Shown here: positions 9,715-19,777 of the stretch, piece by piece | Layout of the letters: every line of letters begins with the position of its first letter | Numbering within the stretch: the stretch's first letter is position 1 | NCBI GenBank assembly: GCA_947302655.1 | Contig: CAMYVW010000002.1 | Location: 233,537 to 297,536, forward strand | Source: an uncultured Mycoplasmatota bacterium | GTDB lineage: Bacteria > Bacillota_I > Bacilli_A > RF39 > UBA660 | Direction of reading: 5' to 3' | DNA length: 64,000 nucleotides | The notes under the pieces: model-generated | Seen by the model: the letters and a program-made list of their open reading frames with translations, nothing else | Told to the model about the DNA's origin: nothing | The model's database searches: none | Position numbers and translations under genes: made by a program

Positions 9715-10442
9715 TGGTAATTACATCAGTAAATAATGATTATATTAAAGAAGTTAATAAACTTCATCAAAAAAAGTATCGTGATGAATCGAAAACATTT
9801 ATTGTTGAAGGTGATCATTTAATTGGTGAAGCTTATAAAAGCGGTTATTTAAAAGAAATAATTACTTTAGAAAACAATTTAGTAAAATATGATGATATTA
9901 AAACAGTGTATGTAACTAAAGAAGTTATGGATAAGATATCTGAGCAAGTATCAAGTACTAATATTATTGGTATATGTAATTATATTGAAAATAAAGATGT
10001 AAATAATAATGTAATTATGTTAGATAGTCTTCAAGATCCAGGTAACTTAGGAACTATTATAAGAAGTGCTGTTGCATTTAATTATAATGTTGTTTTAGGT
10101 GATAATTCGGTAGATATTTATAATAGTAAAGTACTTAGATCTACTGAAGGTATGATATTTAATGTTAATTTTATAAAATCTAATTTATTAGATTTTATTA
10201 ATGAACATAATGATTATAAATACTATATTGCTGATATGAATAGAGGTATTAATGTTAAAAAAATAAATAATATACCTAAACACGGAATTATTGTAGGTAA
10301 TGAAGGTAATGGAATATCTAATGAAATAAGAAATATGGATTTAGATTATGTTCACATAGGGCAAAATAATAAATGTGAAAGTTTAAATGTAGGGGTTGCT
10401 GCAAGTATTATTATGCATGAATTAGGTGATATTAATGAATAA
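9714..10442 (+). CDS. TrmH/SpoU-family RNA 2'-O-methyltransferase.
   Basis: LDSLQDPGNLGTIIRSAVAF and GNEGNGIS are SPOUT-class motifs. Confidence 0.75.
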   Translation: MVITSVNNDYIKEVNKLHQKKYRDESKTFIVEGDHLIGEAYKSGYLKEIITLENNLVKYDDIKTVYVTKEVMDKISEQVSSTNIIGICNYIENKDVNNNVIMLDSLQDPGNLGTIIRSAVAFNYNVVLGDNSVDIYNSKVLRSTEGMIFNVNFIKSNLLDFINEHNDYKYYIADMNRGINVKKINNIPKHGIIVGNEGNGISNEIRNMDLDYVHIGQNNKCESLNVGVAASIIMHELGDINE

Positions 10443-10923
10443 GCTTTATGTTGGTAGAGTTGTTGGAACTCATGGTATAAAAGGAGAAATAAAAATTTCT
10501 TCTGATATAGAAGTGCAAGATAAAGTATTTAAAGAAGGTAATATATTATATTTTGATGATTTAAATAATTCTTATGAAATCGAATCTGTTCGATTTCATA
10601 AAAAGAATTATTTAGTTTTACTTAAAGGTTTTAATAATATTAATGATGTTTTATTCTTGCTTAAGAAGAAAGTATATATTGATAGAGATGCAGTTTTAAG
10701 TAGTGATGAATATGTATATGATGATCTAATTGGTTTTGAAATTGTATGTGATGATAAAGTTTATGGAACTATTTCTGATTATGAAGTAAATAATTCATAT
10801 GCAACCTTCTTTGTTGAAGGAGAATCTAATTTTTATCTTCCTAACGTTTCAGAATACGTTATAAATATTGATTTAAAAAACAAAAAAGTTTATACTAAAA
10901 ACGTAGGGGATTTGATATTATGA
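10435..10923 (+). CDS. rimM: 16S rRNA processing protein RimM.
   Basis: MNKLYVGRVVGTHGIKGEIKI is a canonical RimM N-terminus. It lies upstream of trmD in the conserved rimM-trmD-rplS arrangement. Confidence 0.85.
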   Translation: MNKLYVGRVVGTHGIKGEIKISSDIEVQDKVFKEGNILYFDDLNNSYEIESVRFHKKNYLVLLKGFNNINDVLFLLKKKVYIDRDAVLSSDEYVYDDLIGFEIVCDDKVYGTISDYEVNNSYATFFVEGESNFYLPNVSEYVINIDLKNKKVYTKNVGDLIL

Positions 10924-11582
10924 AAATTGACGTTTTAACACTTTTTCCTGAATCTATTGAAGGATTTATTAATGAATCAATTATTAAAAGAGCAATATCA
11001 TCTGGAAAAGTTGAAATAAATTTAATTAATTTTCGTGATTATTCACCACTTAATAATAAGCAAGTCGATGATACTCCTTATGGTGGTGGAGCTGGTATGG
11101 TACTTAGATGTGAACCAATTTTTAATTGTTTAGATGAAATTAAAACACCTGATTCATATGTTATAATGCTAACTCCAGAAGGAAATACTTATAATCAAAA
11201 AATAGCCAAATCCTTATCTTTAAAAAAACATATAATACTTCTTTGTGGACACTATGAAGGTTTTGATGAAAGAATTAAAACGCTAGTTGATGAGGAAATA
11301 TCTATCGGTGATTATATTTTAACTGGAGGAGAAATCGCGGCTAGTGCTATTATAGATTCTGTTGTAAGACTTATTGATGGTGTTATTACAAAGGATAGTT
11401 TGGAATCTGAAAGTTTTAATGATAATCTTTTAGATTATCCAACTTATACTAAACCTAGTGAATATCGAGGTTTAAAGGTTCCTGATGTTTTAATAAGTGG
11501 TAATCATGAACTTATTAATAAGTGGAGAGAAGAACAAAAAAAAGAAAAAACAAAAAATAAAAGACCTGATCTATTAAAATAG
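10920..11582 (+). CDS. trmD: tRNA (guanine37-N1)-methyltransferase TrmD.
   Basis: MKIDVLTLFPE...GGGAGMV...LLCGHYEGFDER are TrmD motifs. Confidence 0.9.
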   Translation: MKIDVLTLFPESIEGFINESIIKRAISSGKVEINLINFRDYSPLNNKQVDDTPYGGGAGMVLRCEPIFNCLDEIKTPDSYVIMLTPEGNTYNQKIAKSLSLKKHIILLCGHYEGFDERIKTLVDEEISIGDYILTGGEIAASAIIDSVVRLIDGVITKDSLESESFNDNLLDYPTYTKPSEYRGLKVPDVLISGNHELINKWREEQKKEKTKNKRPDLLK

Positions 11583-11593
11583 AGGTGAATATC

Positions 11594-12040
11594 ATGAATT
11601 ATAAAATATATCGTAATAAAAAGAGATTTAATGCTGTTGTAACTTATGCAAAACAAAAGCCATATATATTTAATCCTGCATATAGACGAAGCAACGATAT
11701 AATAGATATTAATAAATTTGTTTTATATAATCCTAAAATGATTGATGGTATTTTAGAACAAAAGTATATTAGAAAATATAGAAATCTTTTAAAAATGGTA
11801 TATTTATTATTTAATGATGCCTTTCCTGGGGATACAGGATATCCTGCTGTGCTTGATGAATCAAGTAAACTTAGAGCTACTTTAATAGATAAATATAATA
11901 AGTATTTAAGTTTAACTAAACAAAAGAAATTTTTAAAACAACTTGATTATATTGATTCTGAAGTTAAAAAGAAATATATAGAACAAAGATTGTTTAAAGA
12001 ACAATTTATGAATATGGACTTTAGAGGAATTAATAGATAA
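11594..12040 (+). CDS. Hypothetical protein.
   Basis: ORF after trmD with RBS AGAGGTGA. No family recognised. Confidence 0.4.
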   Translation: MNYKIYRNKKRFNAVVTYAKQKPYIFNPAYRRSNDIIDINKFVLYNPKMIDGILEQKYIRKYRNLLKMVYLLFNDAFPGDTGYPAVLDESSKLRATLIDKYNKYLSLTKQKKFLKQLDYIDSEVKKKYIEQRLFKEQFMNMDFRGINR

Positions 12041-12204
12041 AAAACATCATCATTTGATGATGTTTTTCATTTATAAATAAGTACTTGTACTTTATATTTA
12101 CTTATGTTATAATCTTTTTGACCCAAAAAATGTAATCCGCCTATCAATTAATTAAGTATGATAATGATTGCAGGTTAATATATATTTATAGAAAGGATAT
12201 TTTT

Positions 12205-12546
12205 ATGGCTAATTTAGTTGATAGAATCAATGAAAAGCACATTAAAAAAGACGTTCCTAAGTTTCAAGTTGGTGACACAGTTCGTGTTGATGTATGGGTT
12301 AAAGAAGGAAAGAAAGAAAGAATTCAATCATTTGAAGGCCTAGTAATAGGAAAGAAAAATGGTGGAGTATCTGAAACATTTACTGTTAGAAAGAAATCTA
12401 GTGGTGTTGGTGTTGAAAGAATCTTCCCTGTTAATGCACCTACAATCGATAAAATTACTGTTATTAAAAAAGGTAGCGTACGTCGTGCTAAGTTAAACTT
12501 TATTAAGAAAATGACTAAAGAATATAAAGTTAAAGAAAGAAATTAA
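12205..12546 (+). CDS. rplS: 50S ribosomal protein L19.
   Basis: MANLVDRINEKHIKKDVPKFQVGDTVRVDVWVKEGKKERIQSFEG is a canonical L19. Confidence 0.9.
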   Translation: MANLVDRINEKHIKKDVPKFQVGDTVRVDVWVKEGKKERIQSFEGLVIGKKNGGVSETFTVRKKSSGVGVERIFPVNAPTIDKITVIKKGSVRRAKLNFIKKMTKEYKVKERN

Positions 12547-12580
12547 GGTTTAACCTTAATTTTTTTACTTAAAAGGAGAT

Positions 12581-13075
12581 TTGATTATTGTGAAAAAGTT
12601 TCTAAAAGATATTTACCCTTATTTAATAATTGTTGCTGTTGTTGTATTAATTAGAACGTTTTTATTTACACCAATTAGAGTTAGTGGTCCATCAATGAAT
12701 CCTAATTTAAAAAATGGTGACATTATGATTTTAAATAAAACAGCAAAGATTGATAGATTTGATATTGTTGTTATCAAAAGTAAAGATGTTGATGATGTTT
12801 TAATTAAAAGAGTAATTGCACTTCCTGGTGAAACTTTTGAAGTAAAAGATGGTGATATCTATATTAATGATAAAAAGATTAATGATAAATATGGATATGG
12901 TGAAACAGCTGATTTTGTTAAACTAAAGGTACCGCAAGGTGAATACTTTGTAATGGGTGATAATAGATCAATATCTGCTGATAGTAGAATGTTTGGTACA
13001 TTTAAGAAGAAAGATATTAAAGGAACTACAAGTTTTATACTATTTCCTTTTAAAAGATTTGGTAAGGTAAAGTAG
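12581..13075 (+). CDS. lepB: Signal peptidase I.
   Basis: N-terminal TM, the SGPSMNPNL serine box and the GDNRSISADSR lysine-box region. A TTG start follows RBS AAAGGAG. Confidence 0.8.
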   Translation: MIIVKKFLKDIYPYLIIVAVVVLIRTFLFTPIRVSGPSMNPNLKNGDIMILNKTAKIDRFDIVVIKSKDVDDVLIKRVIALPGETFEVKDGDIYINDKKINDKYGYGETADFVKLKVPQGEYFVMGDNRSISADSRMFGTFKKKDIKGTTSFILFPFKRFGKVK

Positions 13076-13147
13076 ATATCATAGATGTCTACTTTTTTAC
13101 TTTGTGATATAATTATCAGGATGATTATATTGAAAGGGTGTTAATAT

Positions 13148-13903
13148 ATGCTTACAGTAAAGAATATTAAAAAGAAATTCATTAAGCTTGAAAAGAATAA
13201 CAAAAAGATCGAGATTTATGCAAATAACGGAATAAGTTTTACTGCAAATGAAGGAATGATTCTTGGTGTTTTAGGACCTAACGGGGCCGGTAAAACAACG
13301 TTACTTAGAATTGTTGCGGGAATTATTGAACCAACTGAAGGTACTGTTGATTATGATTCATTAATTTTTAAAGATAATGAGATCGAAATTAAAAGAAATT
13401 TGGCGTATTTATCGGGAAATACTAAAATATATAACACAGTATCTGCATATGAACTTCTGAAAATGTGTGCTGAAGTTTATGGAGTACAAAAGACTCAAAT
13501 TAAAAAGAGAATAGAGGAAATATCTAAAAAGTTGGAAATGGATTCGTTTTTATATAATAGAATATCATCTTTATCTACTGGTCAAACACAAAGAGTTAAT
13601 ATAGCAAGATGCTTAATTCATGATCCTAAATATTATATTTTAGATGAAGCTACTAGTGGTCTTGATATCATATCTAGTCAAATAATACTTGATTTTATTA
13701 AAGAAGAGAAAAAAAGAGGAAAAACCATTCTTTATTCAACACACTATATGGAAGAAGCTGAAAATATATGTGATTATGTTTTAATGATTAATAAAGGCGT
13801 TTTGGTAAAAGAAGGCACACCAGATAGAATTAAAAAAGATACTAAAACTACCAATTTAAGGGACGCTTTCTTTAGTATAATTGGAGGTGTTAAGAATGAA
13901 TAG
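13148..13903 (+). CDS. ABC transporter ATP-binding protein.
   Basis: Walker A GPNGAGKTT, signature LSTGQTQR and Walker B ILDEATSGLD. Confidence 0.85.
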   Translation: MLTVKNIKKKFIKLEKNNKKIEIYANNGISFTANEGMILGVLGPNGAGKTTLLRIVAGIIEPTEGTVDYDSLIFKDNEIEIKRNLAYLSGNTKIYNTVSAYELLKMCAEVYGVQKTQIKKRIEEISKKLEMDSFLYNRISSLSTGQTQRVNIARCLIHDPKYYILDEATSGLDIISSQIILDFIKEEKKRGKTILYSTHYMEEAENICDYVLMINKGVLVKEGTPDRIKKDTKTTNLRDAFFSIIGGVKNE

Positions 13904-15035
13904 TTTATTAATTATTTTAAAAAAAGAATTAAAAGATGTTTTTCGAGATAAAAAGTCTTTATCTATGATGCTTATTATTCCTTTTATGATACCTTTAATA
14001 ATCATTGGAATGTCAGCTCTATTTAATATGGAAGCTAATAAAGATATTAAAACTTATAATAAGATTGGTTTTTGTTATGAGTTAAGCGAAGCGGAATTAA
14101 ATATTGCTAAGGAACTAAATATTGAGGTTATATATAAAGATGAAAATGAACTAAAAAAAGATTACGAAGATGGTTTGATTAATTTGTACGTTACTAAAAT
14201 TGCTGATACATATATACTTAATGGAACCACAGGAGAAAACACTACTTTTGCTGTTGATTTAGTTAACAATTATTTTCATAAATATAAAGAATATTTACAA
14301 GTTAAATATTTAAATGAAAATAATATTAATGCAAATAAATTAATAAATATTATTAATGTTGAAGAAAATATAAAAGAAAAAGATAATTATTTTCAAAACT
14401 ATATTTTTACGTATGGATTCTTATTTATTATAATGGCAATAACTGTTTCTTCTACATATCCTGCAACAGATGCAACAGCTGGTGAAAAAGAAAGAGGCAC
14501 GTTGGAAACTTTAATTACTTTTCCTATTAAAAGTAAGGATATTATATTAGGTAAATTTTTAAGTGTATTTATTTCTAACTTTATTACTGGCATATTAAGT
14601 TTAATTTTTTATTATTTTTCATTAATACTATCAGGTAATATGTTTAAAATATACGAGGGAATTAATTTAGTTCTTCCGTTTAAAACATTTATGTTTATTT
14701 TTAGTGTAATAACTTTATACTCACTTCTTATTGCTGGTGTATGCATAGCTGTTGCAAGTAAATGTAAGACATTTAAAGAAGCACAAAGTGCTTTAACTCC
14801 GTTTACTTTCTTGTCTTTATTTCCTGGAATGCTTGCATTTATGATAAGCTTAAAATCTTCATTATTACTTTCTTTTGTTCCTTGTTTGAACTTTGTTTTA
14901 TTATTCCAAGATTTAATGAACGGAAGCTTAAATATCTTATATTTAATTGTTATGTTTATATCAACAATTGTGATAATAGCTGTTTTACTTGGTGTAATTA
15001 TAAAGCAGTATAAGTCAGAAAAAATTATTATTTAA
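13896..15035 (+). CDS. ABC-2 type transporter permease.
   Basis: Directly follows the ATPase and overlaps it. It is a multi-TM protein with a large first extracytoplasmic loop, typical of ABC-2 permeases. Confidence 0.7.
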   Translation: MNSLLIILKKELKDVFRDKKSLSMMLIIPFMIPLIIIGMSALFNMEANKDIKTYNKIGFCYELSEAELNIAKELNIEVIYKDENELKKDYEDGLINLYVTKIADTYILNGTTGENTTFAVDLVNNYFHKYKEYLQVKYLNENNINANKLINIINVEENIKEKDNYFQNYIFTYGFLFIIMAITVSSTYPATDATAGEKERGTLETLITFPIKSKDIILGKFLSVFISNFITGILSLIFYYFSLILSGNMFKIYEGINLVLPFKTFMFIFSVITLYSLLIAGVCIAVASKCKTFKEAQSALTPFTFLSLFPGMLAFMISLKSSLLLSFVPCLNFVLLFQDLMNGSLNILYLIVMFISTIVIIAVLLGVIIKQYKSEKIII

Positions 15036-15114
15036 TTATAATTAAAGTAAAGTATTTAACTTTACTTTTTTTATGTTATAATTTGTTTATAAAGTAGTAA
15101 GGGTAGTAGTATAA

Positions 15115-16539
15115 ATGAAAAAGAAGTATGTTTTAATTTCATTAATTAGTATTATATTAATATTAATTAGTATATCTATTTTTTACATTGTACGAATTAA
15201 TAAGGTTAAACCAACATTTGCTAGTTTAAATAAAGATTCTTCTGGCAAAGTTGATTTAGTTGTAAAACAAGATGTTTTATCACCCTATATTGATGAAGAT
15301 GTTACTTTAAAACTTGGTGATAAAACTATTGATAAATCAAAATATAAAGTTACTAAAACTGGTATAGTTGATACATCTACTTTAGGAACTTATGAAATCG
15401 AATATATAATTAAGTATTCTTATAGAACTATTAAAGTTAAAAAGACTATTGAAGTTGTTGATCAAACAGCTCCTGAACTTACTATTAATGTTGATGAAGT
15501 AGATAGAGATTTTTGTTCTAAAAAAATTAAACAAAATATCGTATATAGTGCTATTGATAATTATGATGGAGATATTACTTCTAATGTTACAGTTGAAGAA
15601 GGAGAAGATAAATTAATATATTCTATAACTGATTCAAGTGGTAATACTTCAACTAAAGAAGTAAACATTAATTATGGTAAGAAACCAGGAAATAAATTTT
15701 ATATAAATGGTGCTAATCCAATGCATGTTATTATTAATACTGAGTATCAAGAAAAAGGTGCAAGTTATACTGATGGATGTGGAAAAAATATTGGTAAAGA
15801 AATAATTACTTCAGGAACAGTAGATACAACTGTTGAAGGAACATATTATATTAATTATGATGTAGAAGGTGAAGCAACAATTACTAGAAAAGTAATTGTT
15901 GAACATTACGCACCTAAAACAATATATTTAACATTTGATGATGGACCTGGAGCAAATACAGTTAAGGTATTAAATGCTTTAGATAAGTATAATGTTAAAG
16001 CAACATTCTTTGTTACAAATCAATTTCCTCGATATCAATATTTAATTGCTGAGGAATATAATAAGGGTCATAAAATAGGAGTTCATACTTTAACTCATAA
16101 GTGGAGTGTTTATGATAGTTTAGATGCTTATTTAGATGATTTTAACCAAATGAATGAAATAGTTAAAAACCAAACTGGGTCTTATACTAATATATTTAGA
16201 TTTCCTGGTGGATCTGGTAATACTGTAAGTAGAAGTCATAAAACTGGTGTAGTTACAGAAATAGCTAATGAAATGACTAATAGAGGTTATATTTATTTTG
16301 ACTGGAATTTAAGTAGTGGTGATGCTGATGGTAAGGGAGCATCTACTGATAAAATTATAAGTAATGTAGTTAACAGAGTAGATAAGTGCTCTGCTCACTG
16401 TGTTATATTATTTCATGATTATAAACCAACTACAGCAAATGCGATAGAACCAATACTTGCAGAACTTACTAAAAGAGGTTACAATTTTGCGACACTAAAT
16501 GAAAATAGTCCAACAGTACATGCAAAGATTTTAAATTAA
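15115..16539 (+). CDS. Polysaccharide deacetylase (NodB homology domain) with N-terminal TM and Ig-like repeats.
   Basis: TFDDGPGANTVKVLNALDKYNVKATFFV and HTLTH are NodB motifs. Confidence 0.8.
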   Translation: MKKKYVLISLISIILILISISIFYIVRINKVKPTFASLNKDSSGKVDLVVKQDVLSPYIDEDVTLKLGDKTIDKSKYKVTKTGIVDTSTLGTYEIEYIIKYSYRTIKVKKTIEVVDQTAPELTINVDEVDRDFCSKKIKQNIVYSAIDNYDGDITSNVTVEEGEDKLIYSITDSSGNTSTKEVNINYGKKPGNKFYINGANPMHVIINTEYQEKGASYTDGCGKNIGKEIITSGTVDTTVEGTYYINYDVEGEATITRKVIVEHYAPKTIYLTFDDGPGANTVKVLNALDKYNVKATFFVTNQFPRYQYLIAEEYNKGHKIGVHTLTHKWSVYDSLDAYLDDFNQMNEIVKNQTGSYTNIFRFPGGSGNTVSRSHKTGVVTEIANEMTNRGYIYFDWNLSSGDADGKGASTDKIISNVVNRVDKCSAHCVILFHDYKPTTANAIEPILAELTKRGYNFATLNENSPTVHAKILN

Positions 16540-16715
16540 AAAGATATTAGATAGTATCTAATATCTTTTTCTATTGTAAACTTTATTTTTTATTCTATTG
16601 AGATTTTTTTTATTTTGTACTAGAATATCTAAGGTGCTTTAGTAATATAAAGTTTATTAGTTACATTTTAAAATTATTATGTATAAAATAATTAAAGGTG
16701 AAGGAGATAAATAGT

Positions 16716-19130
16716 ATGAGAAAAATAACTGATTTGATTGTTAAATTTAGATATGCTTTTTTAATAATTTTTATTTTACTTGCTGGTCTTTGCTTATATT
16801 TACAAACTAAAGTAAATATTAATGATGATATTATGAAATATTTACCTAAAAGTAGTGAAACAAAAATTGGTAATGACATAATGAATAAAGAATTTGATAA
16901 ATTAAGTACATCAAATTTAGATGTTATGTTTAAAGGTTTAACTAAAAAGGAAAAGGTAAAAACTTTTGAAAGATTATCTAAAGTAAAGGGTGTATCTTCT
17001 GTTAGATATGATAATACTAATGAATATAATATTGGTGATTATACTTTATATAAATTATCAGTAGATGATTATAGTGATTCTAAACTTGCTAAAAATGTAT
17101 ATGAGAGAGTTAAAGATAACTTTAAAGTTGATGCTATGAGTGGATCTATTTATGATGAAAATAAACCACTTTTACAACTTTGGATTGTTTTCTTAGCAAT
17201 AAGCTGTGCGTTAGTAATACTTATTATATTAAGCGATTCTTGGTTTGAGCCATTCTTATTTTTAATAACTATAGGTATAGCTGTATTTATTAATAAAGGT
17301 ACTAACATAATGTTTAGTAGTGTATCATCTATTACTAATGCAATAGTTGCAGTATTACAACTAGCACTTTCAATGGATTATTCAATCATGCTATCTAATA
17401 GATTTAAACAAGAAAAAGAAAAAAATAGTAATAAAATAGAAGCTATGAAAGAAGCACTTTACCAATCATTTAAAGCTATATCTAGTAGTTCATTTACAAC
17501 TATTGTTGGATTACTAGCTTTAGTATTTATGAGCTTTACTATTGGTAAAGATCTAGGATTTATTTTGGCAAAAGGAGTTTTATTAAGTTTAATAAGTATT
17601 TTCTTTTGTTTACCTGCATTACTATTATTTTTCGATACATTCTTAAAAACAACAAAGAAAAAATCATTTAAGTTTAAATTTAATAAAAAACTAAGTAAAT
17701 TTAGTTATAAAAATAAACATGCTTTAACATTTACTATAATAGGTTTATTTTTATTAGCATTCTTATTAAAGGGTAGCGTTCAAATCCTTTATACTGATAT
17801 TCAGCAAGATAAAGTGGGTCAGGTATTTGGTTCTAATAACCAAATTGCTATAGTATATGAAAATAGTTATAGTGATAAAGTTAATAATTATTTACCAAGT
17901 TTAATGGATGATGAAAATGTATCTGCAATTCTTTCTTATGATATGCTTTTGGAAAGAAAATTATCTGCTGATGAATTAACAGCTCTTGCATCTAATTTTT
18001 CATCAAGTATAGATATTGATGAGAGTTTAGTAAAACTTGTTTATTATATGAGATTTGATGGACAGATTCATGATGATTTATCTATTAGTGATCTTCTTAA
18101 AACGATTAATAGTAATGATTATTTAAGTAGTTATGTTAAAAATAATTATAGTGTAGATTTATCGGAGATTATTAATAGTTTAGATGGCGTATCTTTAAAT
18201 GATAAACTTGATGTTAAAACATTATCTAAACTTTTAAATGTAGATGAAAAAGAATTAAATTTATTATATTTATTTTATAATGCAAATGTAAATTATAATA
18301 ATGAATGGTCATTAACCGCAGAAGAAATATTCGCGTTTATTAAAGATACTGTTGCAGAAAATGATTATTTAATGAACTTTATTCCAAATGAGAAAAGATT
18401 AAGTTTACTTGTTAGTTTTAATAAAGTATCTAATATAAAAAATATCTTTGTTTCTGATAAATATAGTAGAGCCGTTTTAAATACTACTTATAAACAGGAA
18501 GGAAAAGAAACATATGAATTTGTTAAAGATATTAATAAGAAGTTAGGTAAAGAAAAAGGTATTTATATTGTAGGTGTTTCACCAATGGCATATGAGATAA
18601 ATAAAACTTTTAACTCTGAACTTAATAAGATTACTTTAATAACAATTATTTTTATCTTCATTGTAGTTGCATTTACATTTAAAGATTTAATAATTCCATT
18701 TGTTTTAGTTTTAATGATTCAGTGCGCTGTATATATTACAATGAGTTATATATCAATTACTGGTGGAAGTGTATACTTTATAGCAATATTAATTGTTCAA
18801 GCTATTTTAATGGGAGCAACAATTGATTATGCAATTGTATTTACATCTTATTATAGAGAAGGAAGACTAACTAAAAATGTTAAAGATTCAATTCTTTATG
18901 CATATAATGGTTCTATTAGAACAATCGTTAGTTCAGCATCTATATTAATAATTGTTACTTTAATTGTTTCTAATTTTGCAACTGCCATAGCCGCTAAAAT
19001 ATGTGAAACAGTTTCTCAAGGAACATTCTGTGCATTATTATTAGTTTTATTAATTCTACCAGGTGTTTTAGCTACATGTGATAAATTAATATGTAGGGGA
19101 GAAAAATATAATAATATTGATAAAAAATAA
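16716..19130 (+). CDS. MMPL/RND-superfamily membrane transporter.
   Basis: About 800 aa. It has two repeats of TM1, a large extracytoplasmic domain, then 5 TM, which is MMPL-like topology. The ATG at 16716 follows RBS AAGGAG. Confidence 0.6.
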   Translation: MRKITDLIVKFRYAFLIIFILLAGLCLYLQTKVNINDDIMKYLPKSSETKIGNDIMNKEFDKLSTSNLDVMFKGLTKKEKVKTFERLSKVKGVSSVRYDNTNEYNIGDYTLYKLSVDDYSDSKLAKNVYERVKDNFKVDAMSGSIYDENKPLLQLWIVFLAISCALVILIILSDSWFEPFLFLITIGIAVFINKGTNIMFSSVSSITNAIVAVLQLALSMDYSIMLSNRFKQEKEKNSNKIEAMKEALYQSFKAISSSSFTTIVGLLALVFMSFTIGKDLGFILAKGVLLSLISIFFCLPALLLFFDTFLKTTKKKSFKFKFNKKLSKFSYKNKHALTFTIIGLFLLAFLLKGSVQILYTDIQQDKVGQVFGSNNQIAIVYENSYSDKVNNYLPSLMDDENVSAILSYDMLLERKLSADELTALASNFSSSIDIDESLVKLVYYMRFDGQIHDDLSISDLLKTINSNDYLSSYVKNNYSVDLSEIINSLDGVSLNDKLDVKTLSKLLNVDEKELNLLYLFYNANVNYNNEWSLTAEEIFAFIKDTVAENDYLMNFIPNEKRLSLLVSFNKVSNIKNIFVSDKYSRAVLNTTYKQEGKETYEFVKDINKKLGKEKGIYIVGVSPMAYEINKTFNSELNKITLITIIFIFIVVAFTFKDLIIPFVLVLMIQCAVYITMSYISITGGSVYFIAILIVQAILMGATIDYAIVFTSYYREGRLTKNVKDSILYAYNGSIRTIVSSASILIIVTLIVSNFATAIAAKICETVSQGTFCALLLVLLILPGVLATCDKLICRGEKYNNIDKK

Positions 19131-19189
19131 TAGGATTCAAATGTATATTTGAACCTTTTTTTGTGTTATAATTTCATTAGGTGTTATAT

Positions 19190-19747
19190 ATGAGTTTAGA
19201 ACAATTATATGAGATTTTATTGTCTGATAATCCTAGTAAATTAATTAAAAAACATGAAGATAAAATATTTGATATGATTCCTGAATTAAAAGCTTGTAAA
19301 GGTTTTAATCAAAATAATATTTGGCATGTGTATGATGTTTATGAACATATTCTTCATGTTATAGATAAAGTAGATAAAGATTTACCCCTTAGACTGAGCG
19401 CACTTTTTCATGATGTTGCTAAACCCAGTGTGTATACCGAAGATTCTGATGGATTTGGGCATTTTCCTTTTCACTGGGTTGAATCAGTTAAAATATTTGA
19501 TAGATTTGTAAATAAATATAATGTAGATTCAACTCTTGCAGAGCAAACGAGAAAACTCATATTTTTTCATGATGCAAATAAGGAAAAACTTAATAGAGTT
19601 TTAGATGTTTTTGATAGTGAATCTATTAAAAAATTATTTAATTTAAAAAGATCTGACTTACTTGCACAAAATCCAAAGTTTCATTATATGATTGATACTT
19701 ATGATGATTTTGAAAAAGAAGCTTTAGATAAAATTAGAAAAAGATAA
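19190..19747 (+). CDS. HD-domain phosphohydrolase.
   Basis: H...H...LSALFHDVAKP HD motif. It is a small standalone HD protein and a paralog of the gene at 23285. Confidence 0.6.
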   Translation: MSLEQLYEILLSDNPSKLIKKHEDKIFDMIPELKACKGFNQNNIWHVYDVYEHILHVIDKVDKDLPLRLSALFHDVAKPSVYTEDSDGFGHFPFHWVESVKIFDRFVNKYNVDSTLAEQTRKLIFFHDANKEKLNRVLDVFDSESIKKLFNLKRSDLLAQNPKFHYMIDTYDDFEKEALDKIRKR

Positions 19748-19777
19748 TTATTAATAATTTATATAGAGGTGAGATAT